27,139 nucleotides of DNA, taken from NCBI GenBank assembly GCA_026987225.1, contig JALSNB010000300.1:1-27139 (forward strand), read 5' to 3'. A program made the translations under genes and the position numbers. Source of the DNA: Caldisericaceae bacterium. Lineage in GTDB: Bacteria; Caldisericota; Caldisericia; Caldisericales; Caldisericaceae. Below the pieces are notes generated by a model. The model searched no databases, was not told the DNA's origin, and saw only the letters and a list, made by a program, of their open reading frames with translations. Positions 8,029 to 16,434 of the stretch are shown in pieces (position 1 is the first letter of the stretch; each line of letters begins with the position of its first letter).

Positions 8029-8376
8029 TTAGGAACGCATTTTTCTTTTCAACCTACGTTTGTAGTCCGATAAAGAATCCTGCGATTCCTTCAAAAACTT
8101 TTTTATTTTTTGCTCAAACTCGTCTCTTTTTTCTTGTTTGAGCTCTTCATTACTAATTCTTTTTACAAAGGAAAGGTTAAGTTTCCCTTTCTTGCCTTTG
8201 CCAATAACTCTTACCACTACTTTTTCGCCAACATTTATAAAGGCATGGGCATCTTCAACAAACTCATCATCAAACTGCGATATATGTATCAGCCCAACAC
8301 CACCTTCGTCCAATTTTACAAAAGCGCCGTAAGGCATAATTCTTACCACAGTTCCGATTATTTCCTCTTTACCCAT
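8029..8376 (-). CDS. S1 RNA-binding domain protein (YabR/YugI-like)
   Basis: GTVVRIMPYGAFVKL...GLIHISQ S1 signature and the basic C-terminal FEQKIKKFLKESQDSL tail typical of YabR-like proteins. Lies between divIC/ftsB and a tRNA-Met. Confidence 0.9.
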   Translation of the reverse strand: MGKEEIIGTVVRIMPYGAFVKLDEGGVGLIHISQFDDEFVEDAHAFINVGEKVVVRVIGKGKKGKLNLSFVKRISNEELKQEKRDEFEQKIKKFLKESQDSLSDYKRRLKRKMRS

Positions 8377-8394
8377 ACGCCTATATAATATTAT

Positions 8395-8757
8395 TTATTT
8401 TTGAAAAAGATGCAAGAGTTTATCCAACATTTTTTTGAAAAAGTTTTCACTTTGTTTTTCTGCCGAAGCTTTTGTTTCGGTATTGTCGTCAAAGTTGAAA
8501 TATACTACTGTTTCTCCCTTTTTAGCAAGCATGAGTTTTTCGCGGGCATACTTTTCTATAAAGGCATCACTTGAGGCATATTTTATTTTGTATGTTAGCC
8601 AATCGTTTTCATTGTTGAGTTCTTTCAACTCTTTTTGGAGAAGTTGGATTTTTTTATTGTCTTCTATATAAGACACCACATTAATAAATGCAAATGTTCC
8701 TACTTTTAGTAAAATAGCAAAGAGTAAGAGTATTAGAATTATGTTTCTGCTTTTCAT
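8395..8757 (-). CDS. ftsB: Septum formation initiator FtsB/DivIC family protein
   Basis: Single N-terminal TM helix, coiled coil LQKELKELNNEND and IEKYAREKLMLAKKGE motif. Confidence 0.85.
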   Translation of the reverse strand: MKSRNIILILLLFAILLKVGTFAFINVVSYIEDNKKIQLLQKELKELNNENDWLTYKIKYASSDAFIEKYAREKLMLAKKGETVVYFNFDDNTETKASAEKQSENFFKKMLDKLLHLFQK

Positions 8758-8763
8758 ATATCA

Positions 8764-8791
8764 ATGATACCGTAATTTGTTTCTCTGTCAA
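8764..8791 (-). promoter_or_regulatory. Putative sigma70 promoter TTGACA-N16-TATCAT, 6 nt before the ftsB ATG (leaderless candidate)
   Basis: Perfect TTGACA (reverse complement of 8786-8791) and TATCAT (8764-8769). ATG at 8757 with no SD. Confidence 0.7.
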
Positions 8792-8794
8792 ATA

Positions 8795-10072
8795 TTAGTG
8801 GATAAAAGGTTTCATAATTAGGTATAGCGATACGTATCCCGCCAGGACAGCCGAAATTGTGAACGGTATTCCTATTCTTGCAAAATCTTTGAAGCTCACG
8901 TAATGCCCTCTTTTACGCAAGAGCCCTGTTGCAGCAATATTTGTAGAAGCGCCGATCGGTGTCATATTCCCTCCGAGTGTTGCACCGATGAGAAGTCCGA
9001 ATAAAAATAATTCCTGAGGAGCTTTTAACAGAACAGCCATACTGCCGGCTATCGGGAGCATTGTTGCTACATACGGAACGTTATCTATAAAAGCCGAAAA
9101 GAATACCGATCCCCATACAATAATAGAGTAACCTGCAAGAATACTTCCGTGTGCCAAATTCGAGAAGAATTTTGCAATATCATTCACAATACCCACGTTC
9201 ACTAATCCTCTAATAATGATGAATAATCCGATCAAAAGCAGTATTGTCTCCCAGTCCATTTCTTTCATTACTCTTTTTATCATGAATGTTTTTTTCTTTA
9301 GGACTTCGTAAATCATTCCTATAAATAGGAAAGTGATGCATATAAGGCCGCTGATATTTTTGTACGGAAGAAACGATGCGATAACAAGCGTGCCGATCAT
9401 TAAAAGTGCAAGGATACCGGGAAACCAATCTTTTACTATTGTTCTTTCTTTTAAATGAATCGGTTGTTTTTCTTTCCTGAAAATATAAAAAAGCATTGCT
9501 GCCGCAGCAAGTGCGCCTATCTCTGTTGGTATGGCGATGCTGAGATGGTGGTTGTACCAGAAAAAATCAAGAAAATTCATGTGTGCGTATCCTGCAAGAA
9601 GCATGGATGTAGGATCTCCGACAAGAGTTGCGGCACCTTGCAAGTTTGAGGATATTGCAATCGATATGATAACCGGAACCGGAGATATTCCTATTCTCTC
9701 GCATATGGAGAAAGCAACCGGGGCAACGAGTAAAAGCGTAGAAACGTTTTCTGCAAAAGCAGATATAATTCCTGTAAATAACGCAAGGGCGAGAATTGCC
9801 ATTCTGACGTCTGGCATTTTATCTATTATTTTGTCGCCAAGCAGGGCGGGAATTCTCGATTCTATAAGCATGGTTACCACACCCATCGTTCCGAAAAGTA
9901 TTCCTAAAACGTTCCAATTCACAGAAGGAAGGAAATTTTTAACGGGAACAACATTAATTGCAATGAATATTGCAGCCGATATGAGTGCAATAATGTGTCT
10001 CAGTTTGGGTTTCAGGACAAGCAAAACGTACGTGATTGTAAAAATTATGGCGGTGAGGATTTTTTTATCCAT
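8795..10072 (-). CDS. ArsB/NhaD/SLC13-like ion transporter (IT superfamily)
   Basis: Highly hydrophobic 425 aa with internal-repeat motifs SSNLQGAATLVGDPTSML, SAFIDNVPY and GATLGGNMTPIGASTNI. Confidence 0.88.
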   Translation of the reverse strand: MDKKILTAIIFTITYVLLVLKPKLRHIIALISAAIFIAINVVPVKNFLPSVNWNVLGILFGTMGVVTMLIESRIPALLGDKIIDKMPDVRMAILALALFTGIISAFAENVSTLLLVAPVAFSICERIGISPVPVIISIAISSNLQGAATLVGDPTSMLLAGYAHMNFLDFFWYNHHLSIAIPTEIGALAAAAMLFYIFRKEKQPIHLKERTIVKDWFPGILALLMIGTLVIASFLPYKNISGLICITFLFIGMIYEVLKKKTFMIKRVMKEMDWETILLLIGLFIIIRGLVNVGIVNDIAKFFSNLAHGSILAGYSIIVWGSVFFSAFIDNVPYVATMLPIAGSMAVLLKAPQELFLFGLLIGATLGGNMTPIGASTNIAATGLLRKRGHYVSFKDFARIGIPFTISAVLAGYVSLYLIMKPFIH

Positions 10073-11264
10073 TTGTGGTCTGAACCTTTGGTGTAAAAAG
10101 CAATTTTAGAAGGATGGGAACAAGGATAGCGGATAGGACTACGTATGTGATTGTTACGGAAACGAGTTGAGAGCCTACGATGTCCGGAAAAATATGCTGA
10201 CTGTATGCGAAAGTTACAATTACCAATGCAACTTCCATTTCCGGCATCATTCCCACTCCCACTCTAATTGCATCTCTTATGTTTAATTTGCTGAGAAAGG
10301 CACCCGTTCCGCATCCAAGGAACTTTCCGGAAAAGGCAAGAGGAATAAGCCAGAAAAATTTTACATCGATTTTTGTGAGCATCCTGAAGTCGAAAAGTGT
10401 ACCTACTTTTACAAAAAACATTGGTATGAATATGGTTCTTGCAATATAATTCATAGGGCCGTCTATTACTTTTTTCTCCGGAGTCATTCCTATGAGTAGT
10501 CCTGCAAAATAAGCACCGGTAATAGGGGCAAGCCCTACTTCACGTGCCAGCACGGAAATCAGCAATCCGTATCCTATAGCCATTGATATTATCGCATAAG
10601 GTGAATGCATCTCTTCATGGACAAACTTCATGTATCTCTGTGTGGGGCCCATAGCCAATATGCCTATTGTTGCGATAAATATAACAAAGCCTATTATTAG
10701 CCCTGATATAGTTTGAGTTCCTAAAACGAATGTAAGGACAAGTATGCCGATAATATCATCGATTACAGCCGCTGTGATTATTGTTGTTCCGGCTTTTGAA
10801 CGCAGTTGTTTCAGATCCATTAAAGCTCTTACAGTAACACCTACGCTCGTTGCCGTAAAAATTGCTCCGATTACAAACGATTGCTTGTTTTGAAAATGCA
10901 TCACTTTTAGGGCAAATATGGTGCTGAAAATAAACGGAAGGGTTACTCCGAGGCTTGCCGTAGAAAGTCCCCGTTTTCCGCTGCTTTTTAAATCGTTTAT
11001 ATTTGTTTCTATTCCTGCTATGAATAGTAGAAGAATAATTCCCAAATGTGCAAACAGTTCGAATGCTTCTCCGGTAAGATGTACTTTGTAAGAAAATGTA
11101 TGCCCTAAGTAAGAGATATTTATTCTGGGGACATACGTCATGATAAGGGCAAATAACATTCCTGTAAAGAGCTCGCCAAGCACTGCCATTTGTTTCAAGC
11201 GAATCATTAATTCGCCGAAAAGTTTTGAAACTATTAAGGCAAGCGCAAGGTCGAGAATGTCCAT
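10065..11264 (-). CDS. Cation:proton antiporter, CPA2/NapA-like
   Basis: LFIAGIET, AIFTATSVGVT, TAAVIDDIIG (DD motif), GAYFAGL, FIPMFFVKVG, GKFLGC and GMMPEMEVAL. Confidence 0.92.
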   Translation of the reverse strand: MDILDLALALIVSKLFGELMIRLKQMAVLGELFTGMLFALIMTYVPRINISYLGHTFSYKVHLTGEAFELFAHLGIILLLFIAGIETNINDLKSSGKRGLSTASLGVTLPFIFSTIFALKVMHFQNKQSFVIGAIFTATSVGVTVRALMDLKQLRSKAGTTIITAAVIDDIIGILVLTFVLGTQTISGLIIGFVIFIATIGILAMGPTQRYMKFVHEEMHSPYAIISMAIGYGLLISVLAREVGLAPITGAYFAGLLIGMTPEKKVIDGPMNYIARTIFIPMFFVKVGTLFDFRMLTKIDVKFFWLIPLAFSGKFLGCGTGAFLSKLNIRDAIRVGVGMMPEMEVALVIVTFAYSQHIFPDIVGSQLVSVTITYVVLSAILVPILLKLLFTPKVQTTNG

Positions 11265-11265
11265 G

Positions 11266-11703
11266 CTATGAATTCTTTTCTATCCAGGCGGTTACAAGCT
11301 CCAGTATGTTCAGATCCCCTATTACGTGCATCTCGTCATCCACTACGGGCAGTTCTTTTAAGTTTTCAGAGAACATTTTTTGAAAGGCCAACCTTAAATC
11401 ATCGTTTTCTTTTACATAGACGGGCGGAAGCATAATATCTTCTGCCGTAATATCTTCGAGAGGCTTTATTGCTTTGTAGTATAAAAATTCGTCTGGTACG
11501 TATTCGTAAAACAGATACTGAGTGAAATTAATTACAGGAATAATACCGAGCAATTTGTTATCGCTGTCCACTACGTAAACGCTTCTTGTTTTAGGATCCG
11601 CTACTATAGCTTTTGCTATTTCCATTGCTCCTGCATCTCTTCTTACGGTAGATGCCTCTTGAGTAATTAGTTTTCTTACGAACTTAACTTTCATTCTTTC
11701 CAT
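11266..11703 (-). CDS. Stand-alone CBS-pair domain protein
   Basis: Two CBS repeats: VYVVDSDNKLLGII and LPVVDDEMHVIGDLN, with TAEDIM. Confidence 0.9.
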   Translation of the reverse strand: MERMKVKFVRKLITQEASTVRRDAGAMEIAKAIVADPKTRSVYVVDSDNKLLGIIPVINFTQYLFYEYVPDEFLYYKAIKPLEDITAEDIMLPPVYVKENDDLRLAFQKMFSENLKELPVVDDEMHVIGDLNILELVTAWIEKNS

Positions 11704-11705
11704 CG

Positions 11706-12893
11706 TTATTTTTCCTCCTTAGGTGGGATTTCTTTTGCAAGAGTAAATGTGAGCTGTGTTATTGGCGGGCCTATAACTTCCAGAACAAGCGTTGTTGCGA
11801 TGATTACCGTCATAATATAGTTGCCTGCCTGTGGAAAATATTCTTTCCCCAGTATTGCCATACCAAGAGCTACGCCTGCTTGAGGAACGAGCCCCAAACC
11901 GACAAATTTTTTGACTGTTTCGGGCGCTTTCGAAAGTATTGCGCCCGTTGTTGCGCCAAGGTATTTTCCGAGAAATCTCATTCCTATATAAATTGCCCCG
12001 ATAAGCCCGATTGTTGTAATTGCCTTAAGGTCAAATCCAGCACCTACAAGAACAAATAGGACAAGCATTAGCGGTTCCGCGAAGAATTCTATTCCTTCGA
12101 AATAGATATTTTCGCTTGGTGCGAAGTTCACTACAACTGTGCCAAGAGCCATACATGCAAGAAGCGGGGAATAGTGCAAATGCATGGCAATTCCGGCCGT
12201 AATGGAGATAAACGCAAGCGTATAGATAAGCCTATATCCCTTCGAATATATAAATTTTGCAAAGTATGAGAATACAAATCCTATTGCCGCACCTATACCG
12301 AGTGTATAGACGATCTCAAGTATTGCTCCCAAAATCATTTTCAGCGGTGAAATGTGAGCGTTGGCTCCTGATTTCATCTGTATCGCTAAAATCATTGAAA
12401 TTACGAAAATTATCAGTCCCCATGCATCGTCTATTGCCACGGTTCCGAGCAACACACTTGTAACCGGTCCTTTTGTTCGATATTGCCTTGAAACCATAAG
12501 GGTTGATGCCGGATCCGTTGCTGCGGCAAGTGCACCGAAGAGTAAAGCGATATAGAGCGGTTTATGTAAAAATAAGAATACTCCGAGTGTAACGAAAATC
12601 CATGCTCCCGAAGCTTCGAGCGATGAAACGAATAAAATTTGCTTACCTGTTTTTTTGAAAACCGAATAGGAAAAGTTTCTTGAAATCATAAATGCTACGA
12701 TACTGAGTACGAAATTTGCTATTAAATCGGAATTATTAAGAAATCTCGAAGGAACAAGTTTTAATGCATATGGGCCTATGATTATACCCATGATAATATA
12801 ACCGGTAACGTATGGTAATTTTATCTTCTCTATGAGAAGAGCTGCAAACAGTCCTAAAATAAGCATTACACCAAGTGCAAAAATCAAATTCAT
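11706..12893 (-). CDS. Cation:proton antiporter, CPA2 family
   Basis: LPYVTGYIIMGIIIGP, ALAAATDPA, VAIDDAWG, GKYLGA and PQAGVALG. AGGAGG RBS at 12901-12906. Confidence 0.92.
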   Translation of the reverse strand: MNLIFALGVMLILGLFAALLIEKIKLPYVTGYIIMGIIIGPYALKLVPSRFLNNSDLIANFVLSIVAFMISRNFSYSVFKKTGKQILFVSSLEASGAWIFVTLGVFLFLHKPLYIALLFGALAAATDPASTLMVSRQYRTKGPVTSVLLGTVAIDDAWGLIIFVISMILAIQMKSGANAHISPLKMILGAILEIVYTLGIGAAIGFVFSYFAKFIYSKGYRLIYTLAFISITAGIAMHLHYSPLLACMALGTVVVNFAPSENIYFEGIEFFAEPLMLVLFVLVGAGFDLKAITTIGLIGAIYIGMRFLGKYLGATTGAILSKAPETVKKFVGLGLVPQAGVALGMAILGKEYFPQAGNYIMTVIIATTLVLEVIGPPITQLTFTLAKEIPPKEEK

Positions 12894-12947
12894 ATAGCTG
12901 CCTCCTAAACAAATCTAAATGTTCACAGCAATATAATATAGGCCATT

Positions 12948-12974
12948 TTGAAAAAAAATAAAGAGGTATATAAT
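12948..12974 (+). promoter_or_regulatory. Putative promoter TTGAAA-N15-TATAAT, 7 nt before ATG 12982 (leaderless candidate), containing an A8 run
   Basis: TTGAAA at 12948-12953, A8 at 12951-12958, TATAAT at 12969-12974. AGAGG at 12962-12966 lies upstream of the -10. Confidence 0.5.
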
Positions 12975-12981
12975 TACCCGG

Positions 12982-15549
12982 ATGAAGAAAATTGTAATAT
13001 TTTTAATGATAGGCTTATTATTTTGCTTTTTTTATCCTTTTTTCTCACCTGCGTCTGGTGCGGTTCCGCAGAGTAATAACTATATCTTAAACGGATTTGT
13101 TCTTTCGCATATTCCTGGTCCGGACTTACTCTCCAGAGACTCCAGTGCGGAAATAGGGATCGTTAAAGTCGATAATGCATATGATCTTAAACAAGAAGAA
13201 TACTTTTGCAATTCCAATGCCATACCTTTATTTGCGGAGGTTAATCTGTTTTACCATAAATTTACCGCTAAAAAGCCTTTAACGGTTTTCGATTTGCAGG
13301 AGCAGTATTACAAACTTTCGCAGTACGATTATTACGATAGGGAAAAAATTATAAGCACTATTGTCTCGGGTGTTTACAAAAATAATATACCGCTTTCTTA
13401 CCATGTTCCTTCTCCCCCTGCTATTCGTATAACCTACAAAGAAATCAGTACCGGTAGAGGTAATTCTTATATACCCATAAGGGTTGTTACTCATCCTGAC
13501 ACGGTGGATACTTATTTTCTTTTAAACCCGTTTTCACGCCCCCAAAACGAGCGCTTGAATGCTTTTGATTTTGCTCAAACTTACGATATAAATCCGTGTT
13601 ATTTCGATACTGTAGCGGAAAGGAAAATGTCTCATAGCAGTTCTTTAAACTTTACCGGATTTTATGTTGACTTGCCGTCCCAACTCGTGAGTAATTCTTA
13701 CTATCCCATTTTACAAAACTCCGTAGAAAAATTTTCAAAATTTGTTCACAGGAAGGGCAAATTACTTATATTGGAAAATCTCAACTCGAATACGTACAAA
13801 TTAGGTAAGTATGCGGATATTATCGGGGTGAAATCTTGCGATATCTCATTTCTTGAAAACATAAGAAAAGCATTTCCGAACAAACCTATATTTGCTACTA
13901 TTGATGCAAATTTTAGCACGGGAAGTATTGCAAATACATTAAGAACACTTTCTCTTTTCGGGATTTATCCCGAATTTGGCAGAGACTTATCAAGCGGAGA
14001 CTTTCTTTATTACGAAGAAAAGTTTGATGAAAATATAAATTTGATAAATCGTTATCTCGATATTATACGTATCGAAAACGGATTTAAATTTCAATCGCGG
14101 TCAATTTCAAACGGCTTTTCAATAAGTAGTTTTGCTTCTAAAAACGGAAAATTCTATGTTATTAGCGGAAATGGAATGTTTGAATTACACGTGGGAAATG
14201 TAAAGAATGTATTTGACATTCACGGAAAGCAATTGAAAGTTGATAATGGAAATATTACCGTCTCGGTAAATGGTATAAACGCTGTTTATGCCGGTAATAA
14301 CTCTGTATTGTTGCTTGGCATGGTTCCGCAGGTTAATTCTAAAAATACTGTTGTTGTGCTAAAAAATCTTACCGACAAAAGAACTGTTGCAAAAATTGAA
14401 GCAAGTAGTGACGGAAAGACGATTTTTGACGAAGAGTCTCCGTTTGTTCCCCTTGCTTTTCATTTGCTCTATCTTAAACCTTTATCTGGAACATTTGCCG
14501 TAAAAGTAAACAACACTCTTAGCAATTTTAATTTACCGAATGCTACAAAGAATTATTCCATCGTGTGGTTACTATTAATTTTACTTTTGACTATTGCTAT
14601 TTTATACGCCTTGATTTCTAAGAAAATCGTTATAAAGAAGCTTTTAAGCATTAAGGCATTTTTAATGAGCGTATTTTTCGTTCCCGCTCTTCTTATCATC
14701 TTGAACAGCTATTTTATACATTACTCTCTGCATACCGTTACGTATTTTGTTTTTGCTTTGATGTTTCTTATATTGGCTTTTTATGATAGCGAATTCTACA
14801 TACAATCAATTTCCATTTCATTGCTAATGCTCTTTATGGGGATTCTGTTCAATTATTTTGAATTCGGCACTCTTGCCCCTCATTTCTTCAGTGCTATTTT
14901 GCCATTTCAAAGATATGAGATTTTGCTGTTTATACTTCCTTTTGTTCTTACCGTTACCTTCTTCGGTATGTACGGAGGGGCGAAAATTAACAAACTTGAA
15001 ATTGCCGTAATTATGCTTTGCCTTTCGGGCCCTGTCTTACTTTTTACTCCTGCCGTATCTCCTTTTGTTTTGAATTTTACTGTTAAATCTTCTTATATGA
15101 TTTTCCTCGTTATTGCAATCGGAGCCATGTTGGGAATTCTTCACAAAAAGGCATTTGTTCCTTATTTATTTTTATACATTGTTTTGATTGTGTTTTTATT
15201 TGCAGGGTTTAAATTCAATAATATCTTTTTTATGAATGTTGTATCTTCTAACCATTATGCTTCTGCAATGCTGTTCTTGAAAGATTTCCTGCCTTTCTCG
15301 TTCCCAATATTTTTCTTACTCCTTTTTCACCATAACGTTGTGAAAACCAGTCCGAGATCTTCCATAAACATTTTTGTTCTTGTTATAATGTTTATTCTTG
15401 TTTCTTTGACTTTCGTATCTCAGTGGTTAATAAGATTTTTTGGAAATGCCCTGGTAAATGATGTTATTACGCTTCCTGCGTATATAATTGCGATTTTTAT
15501 GTTCTTGATTGTGCTTTTGGAACCCATGAATAGACACGAAGAATTTTAA
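12982..15549 (+). CDS. Hypothetical 855-aa protein: signal peptide, about 500-aa extracytoplasmic region, about 10 C-terminal TM helices
   Basis: Long uninterrupted ORF. MKKIVIFLMIGLLFCFF...PASG signal-like N-terminus; hydrophobic helices from about residue 527 to the end. No family recognised. Confidence 0.85.
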   Translation: MKKIVIFLMIGLLFCFFYPFFSPASGAVPQSNNYILNGFVLSHIPGPDLLSRDSSAEIGIVKVDNAYDLKQEEYFCNSNAIPLFAEVNLFYHKFTAKKPLTVFDLQEQYYKLSQYDYYDREKIISTIVSGVYKNNIPLSYHVPSPPAIRITYKEISTGRGNSYIPIRVVTHPDTVDTYFLLNPFSRPQNERLNAFDFAQTYDINPCYFDTVAERKMSHSSSLNFTGFYVDLPSQLVSNSYYPILQNSVEKFSKFVHRKGKLLILENLNSNTYKLGKYADIIGVKSCDISFLENIRKAFPNKPIFATIDANFSTGSIANTLRTLSLFGIYPEFGRDLSSGDFLYYEEKFDENINLINRYLDIIRIENGFKFQSRSISNGFSISSFASKNGKFYVISGNGMFELHVGNVKNVFDIHGKQLKVDNGNITVSVNGINAVYAGNNSVLLLGMVPQVNSKNTVVVLKNLTDKRTVAKIEASSDGKTIFDEESPFVPLAFHLLYLKPLSGTFAVKVNNTLSNFNLPNATKNYSIVWLLLILLLTIAILYALISKKIVIKKLLSIKAFLMSVFFVPALLIILNSYFIHYSLHTVTYFVFALMFLILAFYDSEFYIQSISISLLMLFMGILFNYFEFGTLAPHFFSAILPFQRYEILLFILPFVLTVTFFGMYGGAKINKLEIAVIMLCLSGPVLLFTPAVSPFVLNFTVKSSYMIFLVIAIGAMLGILHKKAFVPYLFLYIVLIVFLFAGFKFNNIFFMNVVSSNHYASAMLFLKDFLPFSFPIFFLLLFHHNVVKTSPRSSINIFVLVIMFILVSLTFVSQWLIRFFGNALVNDVITLPAYIIAIFMFLIVLLEPMNRHEEF

Positions 15550-15559
15550 TTAAAAATCA

Positions 15560-15587
15560 TTGCAAATATGTGAAAATTTTCTATAAT
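15560..15587 (+). promoter_or_regulatory. Putative sigma70 promoter TTGCAA-N16-TATAAT for ferredoxin (and possibly por)
   Basis: TTGCAA at 15560-15565, TATAAT at 15582-15587, GGAGGTG RBS at 15594-15600. Confidence 0.7.
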
Positions 15588-15604
15588 TTTATCGGAGGTG
15601 AAAT

Positions 15605-15802
15605 ATGGCGAAATATAAGATCACTCAGGACAGAGACGCTTGTATTGGTTGCGGAGTCTGTGCATCTATCTGCCCGGAAAACTGGAAGATGGATGACGAT
15701 GGTAAGGCGAGTCCTATTTCTCTTGAGTCGGATGCGGATTGCAACAAAGATGCTGCAGAGAACTGCCCGGTTCAGTGCATCCACGTAGAAGAAATAGGAT
15801 AG
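15605..15802 (+). CDS. Small monocluster ferredoxin ([4Fe-4S]/[3Fe-4S])
   Basis: CIGCGVCASICP...AAENCPVQCI, 65 aa, acidic, strong RBS. Confidence 0.95.
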   Translation: MAKYKITQDRDACIGCGVCASICPENWKMDDDGKASPISLESDADCNKDAAENCPVQCIHVEEIG

Positions 15803-15812
15803 ATAGTTTTAT

Positions 15813-15835
15813 AGGGGGCTTTGCCCCCTCTTATT
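15813..15835 (+). terminator. GC hairpin after ferredoxin (weak terminator or mRNA stabiliser)
   Basis: AGGGGGC-TTT-GCCCCCT perfect 7-bp stem, followed by a poor U tract (CTTATT). Confidence 0.5.
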
Positions 15836-15864
15836 ATCATTGATTTATGTGAAAGGAGGCATAT

Positions 15865-16434
15865 ATGAAGGAAGTTTATGAGGTAAGAATGCATGCAAGA
15901 GCGGGACAGGGTGCAAAATCCGGTTCTCAACTTCTTGCCGAAGCTGCATTTAAAGAAGGTAAATGGATCCAATCATTTCCCGAATACGGCTCTGAAAGAA
16001 GAGGGGCACCTACCGTATCGTATACAAGGATTTCCGATAAAAGATTGAGAACTCACGAGCCTATCGTTAATCCCGATGCAGTGCTCGTTTTCGATCCTGG
16101 TCTTGCAAGAACTATTGACGTGACCGGAGGCTTGTCGGAGGAAAACGGAATTTTGATTGTAAATACAACCGATTCCGTTGAAGAGGTGCAGAAAGAAACA
16201 GGGTTTAAAGGAAAGACTTACGTTCTTGACGCTACCGGCATATCATTGGAACTATTAGGAATTGACGCACCGAACGTTCCTATGCTTGGGGCGCTTATCA
16301 AAGTTACAGGTATTGTAAAACTTGAATCTCTCGAGGCTGTTATCAAAGAACATTTCCTTGAGAAGCTTGGCGAAGAAAAAGTAAACAAAAATTTGGCCGG
16401 GCTTAAAAAGGCTTACGAGGAGGTAACGAAATGA
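15865..16434 (+). CDS. porC: 2-oxoacid (pyruvate/ketoisovalerate):ferredoxin oxidoreductase gamma subunit
   Basis: HARAGQGAKS, FPEYGSERRGAP and NVPMLGAL. AAGGAGG RBS. Confidence 0.93.
   Translation: MKEVYEVRMHARAGQGAKSGSQLLAEAAFKEGKWIQSFPEYGSERRGAPTVSYTRISDKRLRTHEPIVNPDAVLVFDPGLARTIDVTGGLSEENGILIVNTTDSVEEVQKETGFKGKTYVLDATGISLELLGIDAPNVPMLGALIKVTGIVKLESLEAVIKEHFLEKLGEEKVNKNLAGLKKAYEEVTK

Noticed and set aside
8377-8415. Separate leaderless promoter for the S1 gene (TATTAT 8 nt upstream of ATG)
   Set aside because: The best -35 (TTGCAT) is 19 nt away and the region is very AT-rich. Co-transcription from the ftsB promoter explains it more simply.
9531-10109. 192-aa plus-strand ORF opposite the NhaD/ArsB transporter
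   Set aside because: Antisense shadow of a hydrophobic gene with no family features.
6327-15549. A pel-like exopolysaccharide operon linking the GH114-like gene and the 855-aa protein
   Set aside because: They are about 5.7 kb apart, on opposite strands, with unrelated genes between them and no glycosyltransferase or flippase.
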